Shown in pieces: positions 22,418-33,083 of a stretch of 64,000 bases of DNA (positions are counted from its first letter, which is position 1; every line of letters begins with the position of its first letter). The notes beneath the pieces were generated by a model. That model was not told the DNA's origin, made no database searches, and saw only the letters and a program-made list of their open reading frames with translations. Position numbers and translations under genes: made by a program. Origin of the DNA: an uncultured virus (IMG/VR IMGVR_UViG_3300015608_003726) (lineage: Duplodnaviria > Heunggongvirae > Uroviricota > Caudoviricetes); IMG/VR virus record IMGVR_UViG_3300015608_003726. One strand, 5' to 3'.

Positions 22418-25400
22418 TCATGTACTTACTATTATATGATCGTTATTTATAGATCTTACATCGTTTATTTTTGAAAATAATCCGCCATTTATTTGCCATA
22501 TAATATTAAAAAAAGTATCTAATTTCACTATTCTTCCATTATTAGATGCAAAATTACTTTCTGCTGCAACTATAAAACCGTTTTGATCAACACAAGCATC
22601 TGAAGCATAAGAAAAATCTGGACAATCATATTGACTTATTATATTTTTAGAGTTTTTATCTATAATAATTATTTTGCCCCTATATTTTCTAAGAACCCTA
22701 GATGCCTCTTCTTCAAATGTCTCATTTACTGGAGGTTCGCTTCCGTTTCCAGGAATAAAATCGTCCAGTTCAACGATTCCTGCAATAAGATAAGAATTTG
22801 TATCATATTCATATACAGAACCTAGACTGTAATCAGAAAATTTTATAGAATCATAAGAAAACACTATGTCATAATTCTCATCAAATTCTACTACAGAAGG
22901 GGCTGGACCTGCCTCTTCAGAAGAAGAAACACTGTCTTCAGAAACAACTATTAATCTAATAGAAGTCTGAGTACTCGCTATCATGCCTTGAGTACTAAAA
23001 TATTTCGCAACAAACGTCAAAGTCCATTCTCCAACATGATCTGTTGCGGTAGGGCTAACGGTAATTGTAGCCTCATTATTAACCGATGTTAGTGTAACTA
23101 TCCCTTGGACCTGTATAGGTACTGTTTGCTCCCAAACAATAACAATACCATCATCTGGAGCGTCTACACTCACTGAAAATTGAATTGTATCATTTACTTT
23201 AACGGTTTTTATATTAGATGTATCTTGTTCTGATTTTTTTTCTTCTATTGGTAAAGAAGAATTTCCAACTATAATATTACCATTTTCCAAAACATTCGCA
23301 TATATTGGATGACTAATTCCATCCAAATACGTAAAATTACCAACAAAAACTTCAATACCCCTACTTCCTAATAATTTCCTAGAACTTTCTGTTGAGTCAA
23401 AAGATACAGGAAAGCTACCGGATAAAAATTGTATATATATAGTCTTACCTGAATCTCTTATTTGCGCAATTTTATCATCTGATAACGAAATATCAATAAT
23501 TCTTTTTGTATTATTTTCTTTTTGAGAAATTATATCTTCTGATCCTAACGATATAGAAATTCCTCCTATCCATAACAAGATTTTACTAGATACAATAGTA
23601 GATATATCTACGCTTTTTGAAAATAAAACGCTTAAAATCCCTGTCTCTGTATTGTATACTGAAGTAAGAGGATAAAATAACGTCTCGCTAATAACATTAT
23701 GACTTCCTAATCCTCTAATAAATTCTCCTTCTTTTGTTATTTCTATAATCCTATCATTATCAGTGTCTGCTATTAAATAATTTGTATTATTAAGTCTGTA
23801 AACTGAAAATAAATTCCTAAATCCTTTTTGCCCCTGATCTTTAGAAAAATTAACTGCTTGTTTTGGAGATAGAGGAAGATTATTACCAGAAACTCCATAG
23901 ACAGAAGTATTGTTGTCGTCTACTTCCTGCGTCGTATTAAGATAACTAAAATACATATTGCCAACAGGAACATCTCCGGAAATCGTCACAGAAGATGAAT
24001 ATGTAAGACTATCATCTACTCTTTCTGCGTTTATATAAGACCCCCTATCCCAGTCTTCAGCGTCGGTAATCGTAAATCCATCTTCATTCGCAGCAACAAT
24101 CATCTGTAATTCTAAACTATTCAAAATAGGAGATTCATTTCTGTTTGTATTAGATATAAAAACAATATCTATTTCAGCATCAGTTCCTTCTTTTGCAAAT
24201 ACGTCTCCGCTATTTAAAAGAGAAGAAAAAGATGCTCTATCTATAAGAGATGGAGAATTAGCTGTTCTTATTCTGAATCTTAATTCAGTACCGTCAGGTA
24301 TTTCGCAATCATAATTTATAGAATTAAAAACAACAGGAACTCCGCCTGAATATCTAAATCTTATAAATCCAGGAGATGCATATAAAGACTCTGATTTAAC
24401 AATGATATTATCTATCCAAAAAGTATGTTTACTTACAATATCTTCTGTGTATATAAATAATTTTGTAACATTGTCTCTTTTTGTATTAGCAATAGAAAAA
24501 GATCTTCTTTCAAAAGAATTCATATCGGAATCTGAATTAGAAGTTATTTCATCTTCTCCTAAAAGTAAAAAATCAGAAGAATATGTAGCGGATTCTCCTT
24601 CGCCATTTACAAAATAGACGTAAACTGCTCCGTGACTAAGAGATAAACTTTTTACATCAATAAAAAGCTCATCATAGTTTGACCAGTCATTGTTTTTTGT
24701 TATACTTTTAGAATACAATATTCTATATGTTCTATCTGTATCAAATTTACCGCTATAAAATCCTTCTGTATGATAAAGATCTGAATTGTCTGAAATAACA
24801 TATATATTATCTTCTATTATTTCAGTTTCTACTTCAAACCCAGGAATTTTAAACTCATTCTTTGGTACGTTTTCAAAATTTTCTATATAACAAGAGTCTA
24901 TTCCTCCGCGAGTCAAAGAGACGCTGTTGTTTTCTATCGTAACATTCTGTTTGTCGTAATATGAAAGAAATGCAGATGTTGTTTCCCAGAAGATACTATT
25001 AATATCTCCTTTCTTTACTGGCTTGCCAGAAATACACTGAGAAAACAAATCGATATGAGCCGTAGATGAATCAAAATCTATAAAAGAATTAGAAGATATA
25101 CCAGGGACTAATGCAATCGTATTCAATAAATGTTCATCAGAATTTGGATATATATACTTTAAAAATAATATATGCTTCATTAAATTAACAGACGAAACTT
25201 CTCCGAGTAGTTCTCTATTATTAGTTGATAAGGACCTAACAAAAGAATCCAATGCCGCGTGAGACAATAATCCGTTATTCTCCAAAGAATTATGATCTAT
25301 TATTGGTATTCTTTGAACATTAAATCTACCAGAAGATATTTTAGATGCATCAAAATCTTCTATTCTTGCCCCTGGTAATTGATTTTTAACTTCTTGTGAA

Positions 25401-25930
25401 AGATCTATCTTACTAGGAGATCCTCTATGTTTATGCTTTGCTATTTCGTCTTTTATGGTTTCTAAAAATCCTATTTCATCTTTTACGGAAGTATCTACCG
25501 AAGAAACAGAAGAACTAGAAGTTGTTACTCTAGCTAATTTTACAGCAAACGCGCCTAAAGGAGATCTGCTCCATACAAAATCTATTCTTCTTGTCGAGAT
25601 GGTTCCTCCGGTCAAAATAGCATACACATCAAACTGTTCATTAGCAGGAAGGTCTTTTAAAATAAATGGAGATTGAGTTTCAGACGCGATCGATTCCAAG
25701 ATACCTAAGCCTGATGATATTGAAACCGATAAAGAATTTGATGTAGAACTATTTCTCGAAGAAACGTCCCAGCCATCTATAACTCCATTGCCAAAAACAA
25801 AATATAGGCCATACATCTGCTTATCTATAAGCATAAATCTGTCTATTTCTTTTTGTATATTGACACCGCTATCTAACTGATCTCTAAAATCAAAGAAGCT
25901 TAAACCAAAATAAGGAGTTGAACCTGCCAT
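22418..25930 (-). CDS. Tail-tip/baseplate-associated protein (1170 aa) with a fibre-like N-terminus and propeller repeats
   Basis: GNGVIDGWDV N-terminal domain, FDASKISSGRF fibre-type repeat, and NHL/propeller-like YLIADTDNDRIIEI. Confidence 0.65.
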   Translation of the reverse strand: MAGSTPYFGLSFFDFRDQLDSGVNIQKEIDRFMLIDKQMYGLYFVFGNGVIDGWDVSSRNSSTSNSLSVSISSGLGILESIASETQSPFILKDLPANEQFDVYAILTGGTISTRRIDFVWSRSPLGAFAVKLARVTTSSSSVSSVDTSVKDEIGFLETIKDEIAKHKHRGSPSKIDLSQEVKNQLPGARIEDFDASKISSGRFNVQRIPIIDHNSLENNGLLSHAALDSFVRSLSTNNRELLGEVSSVNLMKHILFLKYIYPNSDEHLLNTIALVPGISSNSFIDFDSSTAHIDLFSQCISGKPVKKGDINSIFWETTSAFLSYYDKQNVTIENNSVSLTRGGIDSCYIENFENVPKNEFKIPGFEVETEIIEDNIYVISDNSDLYHTEGFYSGKFDTDRTYRILYSKSITKNNDWSNYDELFIDVKSLSLSHGAVYVYFVNGEGESATYSSDFLLLGEDEITSNSDSDMNSFERRSFSIANTKRDNVTKLFIYTEDIVSKHTFWIDNIIVKSESLYASPGFIRFRYSGGVPVVFNSINYDCEIPDGTELRFRIRTANSPSLIDRASFSSLLNSGDVFAKEGTDAEIDIVFISNTNRNESPILNSLELQMIVAANEDGFTITDAEDWDRGSYINAERVDDSLTYSSSVTISGDVPVGNMYFSYLNTTQEVDDNNTSVYGVSGNNLPLSPKQAVNFSKDQGQKGFRNLFSVYRLNNTNYLIADTDNDRIIEITKEGEFIRGLGSHNVISETLFYPLTSVYNTETGILSVLFSKSVDISTIVSSKILLWIGGISISLGSEDIISQKENNTKRIIDISLSDDKIAQIRDSGKTIYIQFLSGSFPVSFDSTESSRKLLGSRGIEVFVGNFTYLDGISHPIYANVLENGNIIVGNSSLPIEEKKSEQDTSNIKTVKVNDTIQFSVSVDAPDDGIVIVWEQTVPIQVQGIVTLTSVNNEATITVSPTATDHVGEWTLTFVAKYFSTQGMIASTQTSIRLIVVSEDSVSSSEEAGPAPSVVEFDENYDIVFSYDSIKFSDYSLGSVYEYDTNSYLIAGIVELDDFIPGNGSEPPVNETFEEEASRVLRKYRGKIIIIDKNSKNIISQYDCPDFSYASDACVDQNGFIVAAESNFASNNGRIVKLDTFFNIIWQINGGLFSKINDVRSINNDHIIVST

Positions 25931-25944
25931 ATTATCCTTTTATA

Positions 25945-26160
25945 TTATTTACCTACAACAGGAGGACCGCCTATTCCTATAGTATAGACTCCTTCTGTAC
26001 TATGATATTTAGCATACTGCCATATACCTGTACCACGCCATCCCATACGAGACTCTCTGATTGAGTCCATTGACTCTGTTCTGCTATTTGTACTATTAAT
26101 AGTCTCTTTTATCTTGGAATTTATTTGCGAAGCTAGATTTTTACCGTTATAAGATCTCAT
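25945..26160 (-). CDS. Small hypothetical tail-tip protein (71 aa)
   Basis: AAGGTG RBS; fills the gap immediately downstream of the hub gene. Confidence 0.6.
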   Translation of the reverse strand: MRSYNGKNLASQINSKIKETINSTNSRTESMDSIRESRMGWRGTGIWQYAKYHSTEGVYTIGIGGPPVVGK

Positions 26161-26180
26161 TTTTTACACCTTATTATATT

Positions 26181-29100
26181 TTAAATCGACTGATCAGAAG
26201 TTGGCCCCCAGTTAATATCAACGCTTGGGAAAATCCACTGACATTCGAAGCTTTGCATCCAACTGTTCTTTGATGGATCTATTTCTGAATTAATAGACTG
26301 TATTATTAATGGTTGCTTTTCGTTAGAATGTAACTGTCTAAATGTTATTATATCCAATGCTTTTAATTTATTATGACCAAATGCTTCAAATGTTAAAGTA
26401 ACAGGAGGTCTGAACATTTTAGTATAATGTTTAACTATATATTTTACTGCGTCTTCTGATCCAAAAACTCCATCCATTTGAATAAATTGCTTTGGATATC
26501 CTATAAATCCTGGAGAATTATGATTAAACAATGAATCAAAGTTAGTGTGACCTGCGAGTAGTAATTCGCCATTAGGAGTTGTTGATATGACTCTTATTTC
26601 ATTTACCACATCTTCTACATTCCTTTTAACATTATAGGAATTAAAAACTTGTCTATGAAAATCTGAAGTCTTTACTTCTCTTGGAGAAACATAAAAATCA
26701 ATTTTAGACATTGCTCTATAATCTTCTACTGGAGTCTCATAATCTACTCCTTCTGAATTGAAAAACAATTGTTCGAATGGTAGATTTTCAAAATGAAAAA
26801 CTCCTAATCTATCAAAATATGCAACCTTACCAGATAGCGAAGCGATCCTTTCTATAGCATCAGAAAAAACTTCGCCATCAGAAAATCTCAAAAAAGGCTG
26901 CTGTATAATATCGTAGCTGCCAGGAAGTGCGTAATCATTAACAGTTATAACATCTCCATTGTGAATAACAGAAAACCATCCGCTATATTCCGTCTCGGAA
27001 AGTGTTCTCAATAAAGAAGCAGGATCATAGTTGGATACATCTCTAAAACCTGCAATTTTCAAAATTTCATATACGGCATTAAAATCTCTCATTTTATCAA
27101 AAAAAGGAGAATTTAAAAACTTTTGATCTTTTAATATTTTATAATAATCAAGTATCTCACATGTCATTATTTTCTTGTTATTTTCTACAGATATCGAACC
27201 TCCATGACATAATCCTGTTATCAATATCTTATCATTATCATAAATAGGAGTAGGCATTACTCCTCCATCCCACCATACACTTACTTGTATATAAAAAGTT
27301 TTATCTACCAAACTGGAAATAAATGGAGAAAAATTAGTTTCGCTTGAAAATTCCATACCATCATTAATTAAAAATTGTATTCTTCCTGAGTGTTCTATTA
27401 AATTAAAATCATTAGCATTCCATGAATCAGAAAAATGAACTACATGATGACTTACGTCTATAGGAGATGCATCATAAGCAGTGCCAAAAGGAGGTAAATA
27501 TAGTCTATATTTAGTTATAATAGGAGTTATACATGAACCCAAATGCCATACATACCCGCTTTCTACATCTGGATTCTTAAATCTGTAATCACCAGACCAC
27601 ATAGTTACATATATATTTGTTTGTTTTACATAATCTCCGCTAGATCCTACGCTCTGAAATGGACTATATTCTAGACTAATTGAAGACTGTATCCTTAAAC
27701 CATTTTCATCACCAATCTCTTGAGCATCTGGAGCCTTACCATACGAATAAACCTGGTCAGGTTGGATGTCAATGGCAAACGAATCAATATATTCGCCTTC
27801 TACTAACTCTGTAAATTTCTCTGCATCCATACTAAATTCATATTCTCTTTTTTTATTAGGAGAATATAAGTCAACAGATCTTCCTTTATCTCTTAAGAAT
27901 AAACAAAGATCTTCCTCAACTAGAGGACCTAAAAGGCTTATTGATTGCGGAACTTTAAAAAAAGCATTTTTTCTATATTCTATAGGACTAAAAGAAAATG
28001 AACACTGAAAGTTACCTGAATGGATTGCTATTTTTCCTTCAGGAACAATTATAGGTACTTTTTTAATTTCAATATTATCTTCACTGACTATATCCGAATC
28101 ATTTGTTGCTATATTTTTGTCTACATAATCATATCTATCAATAATCCATGGTTTATCTTCGTATCCTGCAAAAGTGATAATCATAGAACCCATATGGTTT
28201 CGAATAGATATTTTATTAATTCTTTTTTTTGCTCTATCTAAAAGATCTTTTCCTAAAACTGCTTTCCAGGTACTAATTTTTCTAGAAATTTTCTGTTCTG
28301 ACATTTTAGGAATTAATTTAGTATCCTGGTTATATTTTACATTTTCTTTATAATTTTTTTTGCCATCTTTATTTTTATCTTCTTTTTCCGGAACTAAAGT
28401 AACAAATTTACCTGCATGTATTAACGTAGGATATTCTTTTTCGTTTATAACAATAAAATAATTATGATCCGGATCATTTACTCCTATTTCTATTATAAAA
28501 TATGCTTGTTTAGAAAAATCAAAAGAAGATTTAGAGTCATTCGTTGGCTGGCCATCTTTATCTACCTCAATAACTCCTCCATTAATTATTTCTCCTCTAT
28601 CATTCATATGAGGAGCATTAATATCAAGAAAATAATATTTATCCTGCATAGAAAAATCACGTCCATAATGATCTAAAACATTAGTTTCTTCAGAATTCAT
28701 AGTAAAATCTATCCAAAAATCCTGTCCTCTAAATAAAGGAGTTCTTTTTATAACAGACCAGTGTATGCCTGGATTTACATTTACATATTGATCTCCTTTT
28801 TTGAAAATATTTAGAAGATCAGAATTCTCACTTCTAGACAAAAACGATACCGGACTTTCTTTTGCATTAATACACTGCCAAGGACATATATGATTACGAG
28901 TATATGTTTTATTCGTAACTGTATCATAAAATAAACTATTATTTGCTATATCATATTTCCAAACAGATAGATATTGTCTTCTAAATTCTGATTCTCTATC
29001 TACACTTCCGTCAAGATTAAGTCTAGGACCTCTATTGTACTCATCTGGATGCTGCACATCAGAGCAGAATAAACTTCCATCCATAATCCAAGTCAAATGC

Positions 29101-29492
29101 GGAGATTCAAACTTTTCCGATGGATGGCCTTCGGAATCAAAATAAGAACCAAGAGTTAAAAACTCAAGATCTTTAATATTAACTATATTTTTATCATTAT
29201 CTACAGTGGCAATATCATCTAAATATCTTTTTCTAAAAGACATATAGTTTTTTCTATAATTCAAAATTTGTTTTAAAAATATTCCATCTAATCCTTCTAT
29301 CGAAGAAAATTGATCTCTAAAAGAAGAAGGTAAAGATTTGAATGTTTCATAACTTGCAACAAATTCTTGGTCTTGTTGTCTTCTTTTAAATATTGGCTTA
29401 TTAGAATATATTTCGCACTTACAATGCAGTGTTCCTACATTCCCTGGACATCCATCATTAAACGTACCTGTATATTCATTTTTTTTACTCAT
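26181..29492 (-). CDS. Putative baseplate hub / tail-tip (Tal/gp27-like) protein
   Basis: The C-terminal half follows a hub-like pattern (DAIERIASLSGKVAYFDRLGVFHF; VVNEIRVIS; LTFEAFG..LKALDIITF; IQSINSEID..W..SFECQW); second gene after the tape measure. Confidence 0.6.
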   Translation of the reverse strand: MSKKNEYTGTFNDGCPGNVGTLHCKCEIYSNKPIFKRRQQDQEFVASYETFKSLPSSFRDQFSSIEGLDGIFLKQILNYRKNYMSFRKRYLDDIATVDNDKNIVNIKDLEFLTLGSYFDSEGHPSEKFESPHLTWIMDGSLFCSDVQHPDEYNRGPRLNLDGSVDRESEFRRQYLSVWKYDIANNSLFYDTVTNKTYTRNHICPWQCINAKESPVSFLSRSENSDLLNIFKKGDQYVNVNPGIHWSVIKRTPLFRGQDFWIDFTMNSEETNVLDHYGRDFSMQDKYYFLDINAPHMNDRGEIINGGVIEVDKDGQPTNDSKSSFDFSKQAYFIIEIGVNDPDHNYFIVINEKEYPTLIHAGKFVTLVPEKEDKNKDGKKNYKENVKYNQDTKLIPKMSEQKISRKISTWKAVLGKDLLDRAKKRINKISIRNHMGSMIITFAGYEDKPWIIDRYDYVDKNIATNDSDIVSEDNIEIKKVPIIVPEGKIAIHSGNFQCSFSFSPIEYRKNAFFKVPQSISLLGPLVEEDLCLFLRDKGRSVDLYSPNKKREYEFSMDAEKFTELVEGEYIDSFAIDIQPDQVYSYGKAPDAQEIGDENGLRIQSSISLEYSPFQSVGSSGDYVKQTNIYVTMWSGDYRFKNPDVESGYVWHLGSCITPIITKYRLYLPPFGTAYDASPIDVSHHVVHFSDSWNANDFNLIEHSGRIQFLINDGMEFSSETNFSPFISSLVDKTFYIQVSVWWDGGVMPTPIYDNDKILITGLCHGGSISVENNKKIMTCEILDYYKILKDQKFLNSPFFDKMRDFNAVYEILKIAGFRDVSNYDPASLLRTLSETEYSGWFSVIHNGDVITVNDYALPGSYDIIQQPFLRFSDGEVFSDAIERIASLSGKVAYFDRLGVFHFENLPFEQLFFNSEGVDYETPVEDYRAMSKIDFYVSPREVKTSDFHRQVFNSYNVKRNVEDVVNEIRVISTTPNGELLLAGHTNFDSLFNHNSPGFIGYPKQFIQMDGVFGSEDAVKYIVKHYTKMFRPPVTLTFEAFGHNKLKALDIITFRQLHSNEKQPLIIQSINSEIDPSKNSWMQSFECQWIFPSVDINWGPTSDQSI

Positions 29493-32400
29493 AAGACAAC
29501 CTCGAATCCAAAACAGGAGAAGCAGAAGTTAACGTAAAAGCAGAAACGTATCCATTTGAATTTCTATAAAAAAATCTATCAAAACCAGAAGAAAAACAAA
29601 ATCCTGATATATTGGATATTTGTATACCAAAATTCTCATTAAAATAATCTATATAATTTTCATAATATGGAAATAATAAAAATGAATCATCTGATAAAAT
29701 CTGTTGTTTTATTTTTTGATCAATAGATCCTACGACAAAAATATTCTCAAAATCTAAACTATATATTTTACTTAAAACATCCTTGTCATTACTGCTTAAA
29801 ATATCATTATGAATAAATTTAACAACCAATATATCATCTACTATATAAGCAAATTGAACATAATCATTTTTTTCTTTGTATATGCAGCTTAAAAATCTAA
29901 TATTACTCGATTCAGAATTATTATTATATTTATGAAAATCAAACCCATCTATACCAAAAGAATTCCAATCAATTCCTCCGGTATAAGATGATTTCATAAA
30001 CATCTTATTATTTTGACAGTAAAATATTTTCAAATTATTCTGTCTATCAATCATAGCGGAATAAAAATCATAAATGAAATTAGAATCGTATTTTTCATTA
30101 TATAGATTATTAGAAGATACTACCCTAAATCTTGGATTTAAATTGTTTTTAATTCTATTTTTAGATATATCAATTTCTGAGGATAAAAAATCTGAATTTA
30201 TATCACCTACAATTATATTAGAAATAGATTTTCTCATAGAGCGTCCATCTTGAGAAAAAAAATCAATTCCAAAATCGTCGCTAGTATTATACCCAATTTT
30301 TAAAGGTCTTCTATATCTAATAAACGAATCTGCTTTGTTAAAAAGTTTTACGCTAAAAGAAGTGTGACAAAGGCAATCATTTATAATATAGAAAAGATTA
30401 ACGACATTATTATTTTTATCAATAACAGCATATGGATATCTAATAACTTCGTTAGATGCTGTTCTTACAATGCCTTTAAAATCGTACCATGTTTCTCCGT
30501 TATCATAAGAAACAAGGCAGGATATTTCTAAAAAAGAAGAATCAGATAAGAAATTGCCTTCTTCATTTATCGAAGAATTATAAGTATTATATTCTTCAAA
30601 AGACACTTGATTGTCTTCGTAAAAAACATACCAATTACCATTGCTGTCAATCACTGCAGAAGAAACACCAGCATAAACTTTATTTAAAGAATAAGAGTCT
30701 TCTTTTAAAAAAACAGCTTCTATTTTTGTAATTTTAACAAATTTAAGTCCTTCTCCTTTAATTACAAAACTATTATCATTATAATACCCTACATTAAACG
30801 AAATATACAATTCATCGCTATCAAATTGATATTTATTTAAAATTATATTATCAATAATCGCTTTTTTATTAGGAAAAACAATAAATAAAGAAACTTCATC
30901 TTTTTGCTGAGGCTCTTTAATATATTTATAGTATAATTTTAATGATTTTATTCTCTTGTCTGAGATCCCGCCTACTATAACATCGTTTCCTGATACAACA
31001 AAAGGAAGTACTGAATTGGAATAAAATTCTTTATTCAAATTCCTGTCAAATTTACCCATTTCTTTTGTAATTTCCATTCCAAGGCTATAGCCTGGAACGT
31101 TACCTAATATTTTATCATATCCTATTAATTTTATATCTAAGTAAGATACGTTTTCTACTTCTTTTTTGTTGTGATTATTTGTTATTTTTTCTTTTAAATT
31201 TTCAAAATCATATCTAAAAATTCCATCATCTAAAATATGGTAGTTTAATGTTTGAGAAGATGTTTCTGTGAATACTACTATTCCTGTTTTTTTATTTTGA
31301 TTAACATCAGAAGATATACTATCTCCTGAAACTGCATTCGTAGTAACCCAAATACCTCCGTCAGGAGAAAGACTTAGATAAGGAGAAAATCTTTCCATAT
31401 ATATTCTTGATTTAGAAGATAGTTTATTAAAAAATATAGGGGTTCTAATAAACATATCAGCCTGTAGAAAAGATGACCCTTGATTAAAAAGATTTTCTTG
31501 ATTAAATATTACATTACAATCTCTTACGAAATAAGCACCTGATAATATAGATGACATTTTATTAAAATCAAACTTAACAGAAGATCCATCATACAGTTCT
31601 TTACCTTTAACATTGTTACTTTCAAAATCCAAATTAGAACAACCAAGACCTGAATTGTCTTTATTAATAAATGAACTGATTTTCAATAAAGCTTCAGCTA
31701 AGTCTTTTTGATAACCAAATTTTTTATTATCGTCTAAGCAGGAATTTACATGATCGCTTATGTCAAAAAGAAATCCTTTTTGTAAAACACTTTTTAAAGA
31801 TTCTATATTTGAAAAATCAATTTCTCCATTAGTAAATCCATAGTTATTGTTTATAAAATCTGTTATAAACGATGTCCACCAAGATTGGTCTCTAATTTTA
31901 GAGGATTCTATTATAATATCAGCAGAATATCCGTTATCCACAGAAACCTTAAATATCCCTCTTTTATCTGCTATATAGAACCCTTTTATATATGGAGTAT
32001 TAAGCCCGCTATCCCAAAATGACTGCGTTAATCTTTGACATTCTATTTTTTCCATTAATAATTTAGAATTTTTTTCTTTTTCTAATGAAAGCCTTTGACT
32101 ATCGCTAAGTGATTTATCACTTAATTTTTGCTCATAAAAAAGATAATCATTTTCATAACTACGAATATCATAAGGACTAGGAAGTACATCACTCTTATTT
32201 TTAAATACCAAAAAAGAAAATGGTTTAAAATTCCAAGATTTAATTCTGTCCTGTCCTATCCTAGCCGCATAAGGACCTGGAAATAAATAGAAAAAACTAC
32301 TTACGTATATAGCATGACGAAGAATTTCTTTTGATGATATAATATAAGATATATATAATTTATCTCCAGGAACAAAATCTTTTTGATTATCTTCTTTTTT

Positions 32401-33081
32401 AAATTTAGATTTAAATCTTATATTTTTATCAGTTAAGTCATCTCTACTTGAATTTACAAAACAGTTTCCTCCTATATAATTATCTGCCCTATATATAATT
32501 TTTCTTTCGTCTCTTATTATCTCTATAAATAAATTATTTTCTACAAAATTTTCCGTCTGTATTAATCCGTTTATATCAGGAGATGCTCCGTTTAATTCGC
32601 TTCCTGCTCTTCCAAAAGAATTTATCTGTTCTTGTGTAAATTCTATCTTTTCTCGTGTAATTGAAAAAACGCCAATAATATAAGAATTGTCATGTATAAT
32701 ACCAGAAGATATCATTTCTTCAGTTAGAATTATTTCCTTGTTTAAAATAGTTGTAGAATCGCAAACATGAAATATAAATTGAGACTGAGTTGGTTCAAAA
32801 TCTCCTTGCAAAGAAGCACCTATGGACTGCCCTATAGCAGATCCTGCTCCCCCTCCAAGACCTCCTAGTCCGCCAGTATTTCCTCCTGCTAAATCATTAA
32901 GAGTCGTTCCTGTATTCGCAGTAACAGTATACTGCAATTCTACAGATATTCTATCTGACGGAAGCATTTTTACTGTTTTATTTTTACGATCAGTATCAAC
33001 GGCATTGATAAAACCATTAGGTACTAAATCGGAAATATTAAATGCTAATATACCCTGAGTAAGAGAGGAACAAACGCTCAT
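29485..33081 (-). CDS. Tail-tip protein with Asp-box (BNR) propeller (1198 aa)
   Basis: Asp-box-like SYDNGETW and SYTGGIDW, a Gly-rich N-terminal linker, and position directly after the tape measure. Confidence 0.55.
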   Translation of the reverse strand: MSVCSSLTQGILAFNISDLVPNGFINAVDTDRKNKTVKMLPSDRISVELQYTVTANTGTTLNDLAGGNTGGLGGLGGGAGSAIGQSIGASLQGDFEPTQSQFIFHVCDSTTILNKEIILTEEMISSGIIHDNSYIIGVFSITREKIEFTQEQINSFGRAGSELNGASPDINGLIQTENFVENNLFIEIIRDERKIIYRADNYIGGNCFVNSSRDDLTDKNIRFKSKFKKEDNQKDFVPGDKLYISYIISSKEILRHAIYVSSFFYLFPGPYAARIGQDRIKSWNFKPFSFLVFKNKSDVLPSPYDIRSYENDYLFYEQKLSDKSLSDSQRLSLEKEKNSKLLMEKIECQRLTQSFWDSGLNTPYIKGFYIADKRGIFKVSVDNGYSADIIIESSKIRDQSWWTSFITDFINNNYGFTNGEIDFSNIESLKSVLQKGFLFDISDHVNSCLDDNKKFGYQKDLAEALLKISSFINKDNSGLGCSNLDFESNNVKGKELYDGSSVKFDFNKMSSILSGAYFVRDCNVIFNQENLFNQGSSFLQADMFIRTPIFFNKLSSKSRIYMERFSPYLSLSPDGGIWVTTNAVSGDSISSDVNQNKKTGIVVFTETSSQTLNYHILDDGIFRYDFENLKEKITNNHNKKEVENVSYLDIKLIGYDKILGNVPGYSLGMEITKEMGKFDRNLNKEFYSNSVLPFVVSGNDVIVGGISDKRIKSLKLYYKYIKEPQQKDEVSLFIVFPNKKAIIDNIILNKYQFDSDELYISFNVGYYNDNSFVIKGEGLKFVKITKIEAVFLKEDSYSLNKVYAGVSSAVIDSNGNWYVFYEDNQVSFEEYNTYNSSINEEGNFLSDSSFLEISCLVSYDNGETWYDFKGIVRTASNEVIRYPYAVIDKNNNVVNLFYIINDCLCHTSFSVKLFNKADSFIRYRRPLKIGYNTSDDFGIDFFSQDGRSMRKSISNIIVGDINSDFLSSEIDISKNRIKNNLNPRFRVVSSNNLYNEKYDSNFIYDFYSAMIDRQNNLKIFYCQNNKMFMKSSYTGGIDWNSFGIDGFDFHKYNNNSESSNIRFLSCIYKEKNDYVQFAYIVDDILVVKFIHNDILSSNDKDVLSKIYSLDFENIFVVGSIDQKIKQQILSDDSFLLFPYYENYIDYFNENFGIQISNISGFCFSSGFDRFFYRNSNGYVSAFTLTSASPVLDSRLSYE

Positions 33082-33083
33082 TT

